64,000 bases of DNA from Octopus vulgaris (taxonomy: Eukaryota). Shown piece after piece: positions 62,127 to 64,000 of this stretch. The translations under genes were made by a program, and so were the position numbers. The notes under the pieces are model-generated. The model had not been told where the DNA came from. It worked only from the letters and a program-made list of their open reading frames with translations, and ran no database searches. The DNA is taken from contig OX597827.1 in assembly GCA_951406725.2 (NCBI GenBank), forward strand, positions 24,490,001 to 24,554,000, in the 5' to 3' direction. Positions within the stretch are counted from its first letter, which is position 1; every line of letters begins with the position of its first letter.

Positions 62127-62127
62127 T

Positions 62128-62530
62128 AAGATGATGGACACAGAGTACTACAAAAATTTAATACTCTCCATGCTGGAAAATAATATTTACTATGAGAAGA
62201 TAGTACAATACAACCCACAGAAGACACTTAAAAACTTATCCTCCTTACTTCAAACACATGGAAAGGGTCTCACTTAACATGAAATTGACTATTTATGCAA
62301 TTTTAAATACAGACCTAGTCTATTCTGTGGATTACCTAAAATACACAAAAATCTACATATTTGTAAATCTTGCAAAGATTCTCCAAGCCTGAGCATTAAT
62401 GTTCCTCCCCCTACTAACCTTAAACTGAGAGCCATCATTGCTGGCCCTGCTTGTGAAACCCACTGTTTGAGCAACTTCCTTGGCATCTTACTGTTTCTAA
62501 AATATGTGTAAAGCTTCATCAGGGATGTGC
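62128..62530 (+). pseudogene. Penelope-like element reverse transcriptase fragment
   Basis: [14 protein letters not shown]...LT*HEIDYL..PSLFCGLPKIHK...LKLRAIIAGPACETHCLSNFLGILL..SFIRD; FYGLPKIHK and RPII are PLE RT hallmarks; begins at a (TA)n tract. Confidence 0.85.
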
Positions 62531-62727
62531 ATTCAAAGCAATGATTAGTAAATTTACGAAACTGGTATGCTTTTGAATCTCTTTAACAATTCACAATAAT
62601 GACTTTTATTACTTTTATTCCTACCTCAGTTCATCTAATTGTATATATCTTTCGTTACTTTGCATAAAAAGCCTTTACTTTTTTTGATTTCCAATGAGCA
62701 TTTTCACTTATTTTCCTTCTTACTTTC

Positions 62728-62793
<66 letters not shown>

Positions 62794-62794
62794 T

Positions 62795-63642
62795 TATTTA
62801 TTCTTTTACTTGTTTCAGTTATTTGACTGCGGCCATGCTGGAGCACCGCCTTAATCGAGCAAATTGACCCCAGGAATGATTCTTTGTAAGCTAAGTTACA
62901 GGGAACGTAAACACACCAACATTGGTTGTCAAGCGATGGTGGTGGTGGTGGGGCAAACAGAGAGAGACACACACACACACAGCTCGGGTGCCAGTCAGGT
63001 GGCACTGGTATCAGCTATGTTTGGATGGTGTTTTTTATGTGCCTCTGGCATGGGTAGCCAGTCAGGCAGCACTGGCATTGATCCATACTTGAATGGTGCT
63101 TATTACATGCCACCAGCACAGGTGCCAGTTGGGTGGAACTGGCATCGATCCACACTTGAATGGTGCTTATTACGTGCCACCAGCACAGGTGCCAGTCAGG
63201 TGGCACTGGCATCGACCACAACTACAATTTCCATTTTGATTTCAATCTTGATTTGATTTTCAATTTGATTTTTGATTTTACTCGATTCTTTGGTTCTTCT
63301 CAAGCGCAGTGTATTGCCCAACAATTAAAGATTATTTTTAAATGGGTTGGTTATGCGATACTGGTATAGGCCACGACTGTGATCTCACTTTACTTGCTGG
63401 GTCATTGGTCACGATCTGATTTCACTTGACTCAACAGATCGTCTCAAGCACAGCATATCGCTTGATGATTCTAGGTTCCTTTTAAATGGGCTGGTTATGT
63501 GACACCGGTATAAGCTACAGCTGTCATCTCACTTTACTTGCCAGGTCTTCTCAGTCACAACATATCTCCAAGGATCTCGGTCACTTGTCATTACCTCTGT
63601 GAGGCCCAACGTTTGAAGGTCATGCTTCACCACTTCATCACA
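62795..63642 (-). mobile_element. Family A tail (62795-62980) plus RTE 3' end with family B subrepeats (62985-63642)
   Basis: Minus strand DEVVKHDLQTLGLTEVMTSDRDPWRY, followed by 3'UTR subrepeats. Confidence 0.75.
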
Positions 63643-63652
63643 TGTGTGTATC

Positions 63653-63705
<53 letters not shown>

Positions 63706-63708
63706 GTG

Positions 63709-63797
63709 CTGTTGTGTCTGGTGAGAATCATTCTCTTTTGGTGCCTTATAATTTAACACACTCACCAAAAGAGAATGATTCTCCCCAGACACAACAG
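63709..63797. repeat. 35-bp inverted repeat hairpin (1 mismatch, 19-nt loop)
   Basis: CTGTTGTGTCTGGTGAGAATCATTCTCTTTTGGTG / CACCAAAAGAGAATGATTCTCCCCAGACACAACAG. Confidence 0.88.
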
Positions 63798-63865
63798 AAT
63801 ATGCTTCAACACATGAACTCATATAAAGAATCTTGCAAACCAAATCCCAAAACGAAATATATGTG

Positions 63866-63907
<42 letters not shown>

Positions 63908-64000
63908 ATAAAATAAGTAATATATAAATATATGCATATATACATACACATACATACATACCAACATATATATGTATATAAACATGCATATATGGGTACA

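Overview
Eukaryotic, AT-rich, repeat-saturated genomic DNA. The tRNA-headed SINEs, RTE LINEs and very dense (TA)n/(CA)n/(TATG)n/(AAT)n microsatellites point to an octopod cephalopod (Octopus-like); this is inference, not a database result. Most ORFs in the track are microsatellite or SINE artefacts. One clear intact gene is present: a single-ORF secreted protein with two tandem Frizzled cysteine-rich domains (54486-55472, minus). There is also one convincing orphan internal coding exon (6098-6415, minus). The rest is transposon debris: two Helitrons, an intron-containing Tc1, piggyBac-type and other MITEs, a probable solo LTR, and L1/Tx1, RTE, R4/Dong and Penelope fragments. Notable non-coding signals are three hammerhead-ribozyme-like cores, several long palindromes often sitting in (TA)n, a pre-miRNA-like hairpin at 1825-1886, a twin-priming-type inversion in an RTE-type LINE, and a 33-bp minisatellite split by a retroposon. 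No CRISPR, rRNA or genuine tRNA gene is supported. Repeat boundaries were read by eye and are approximate.
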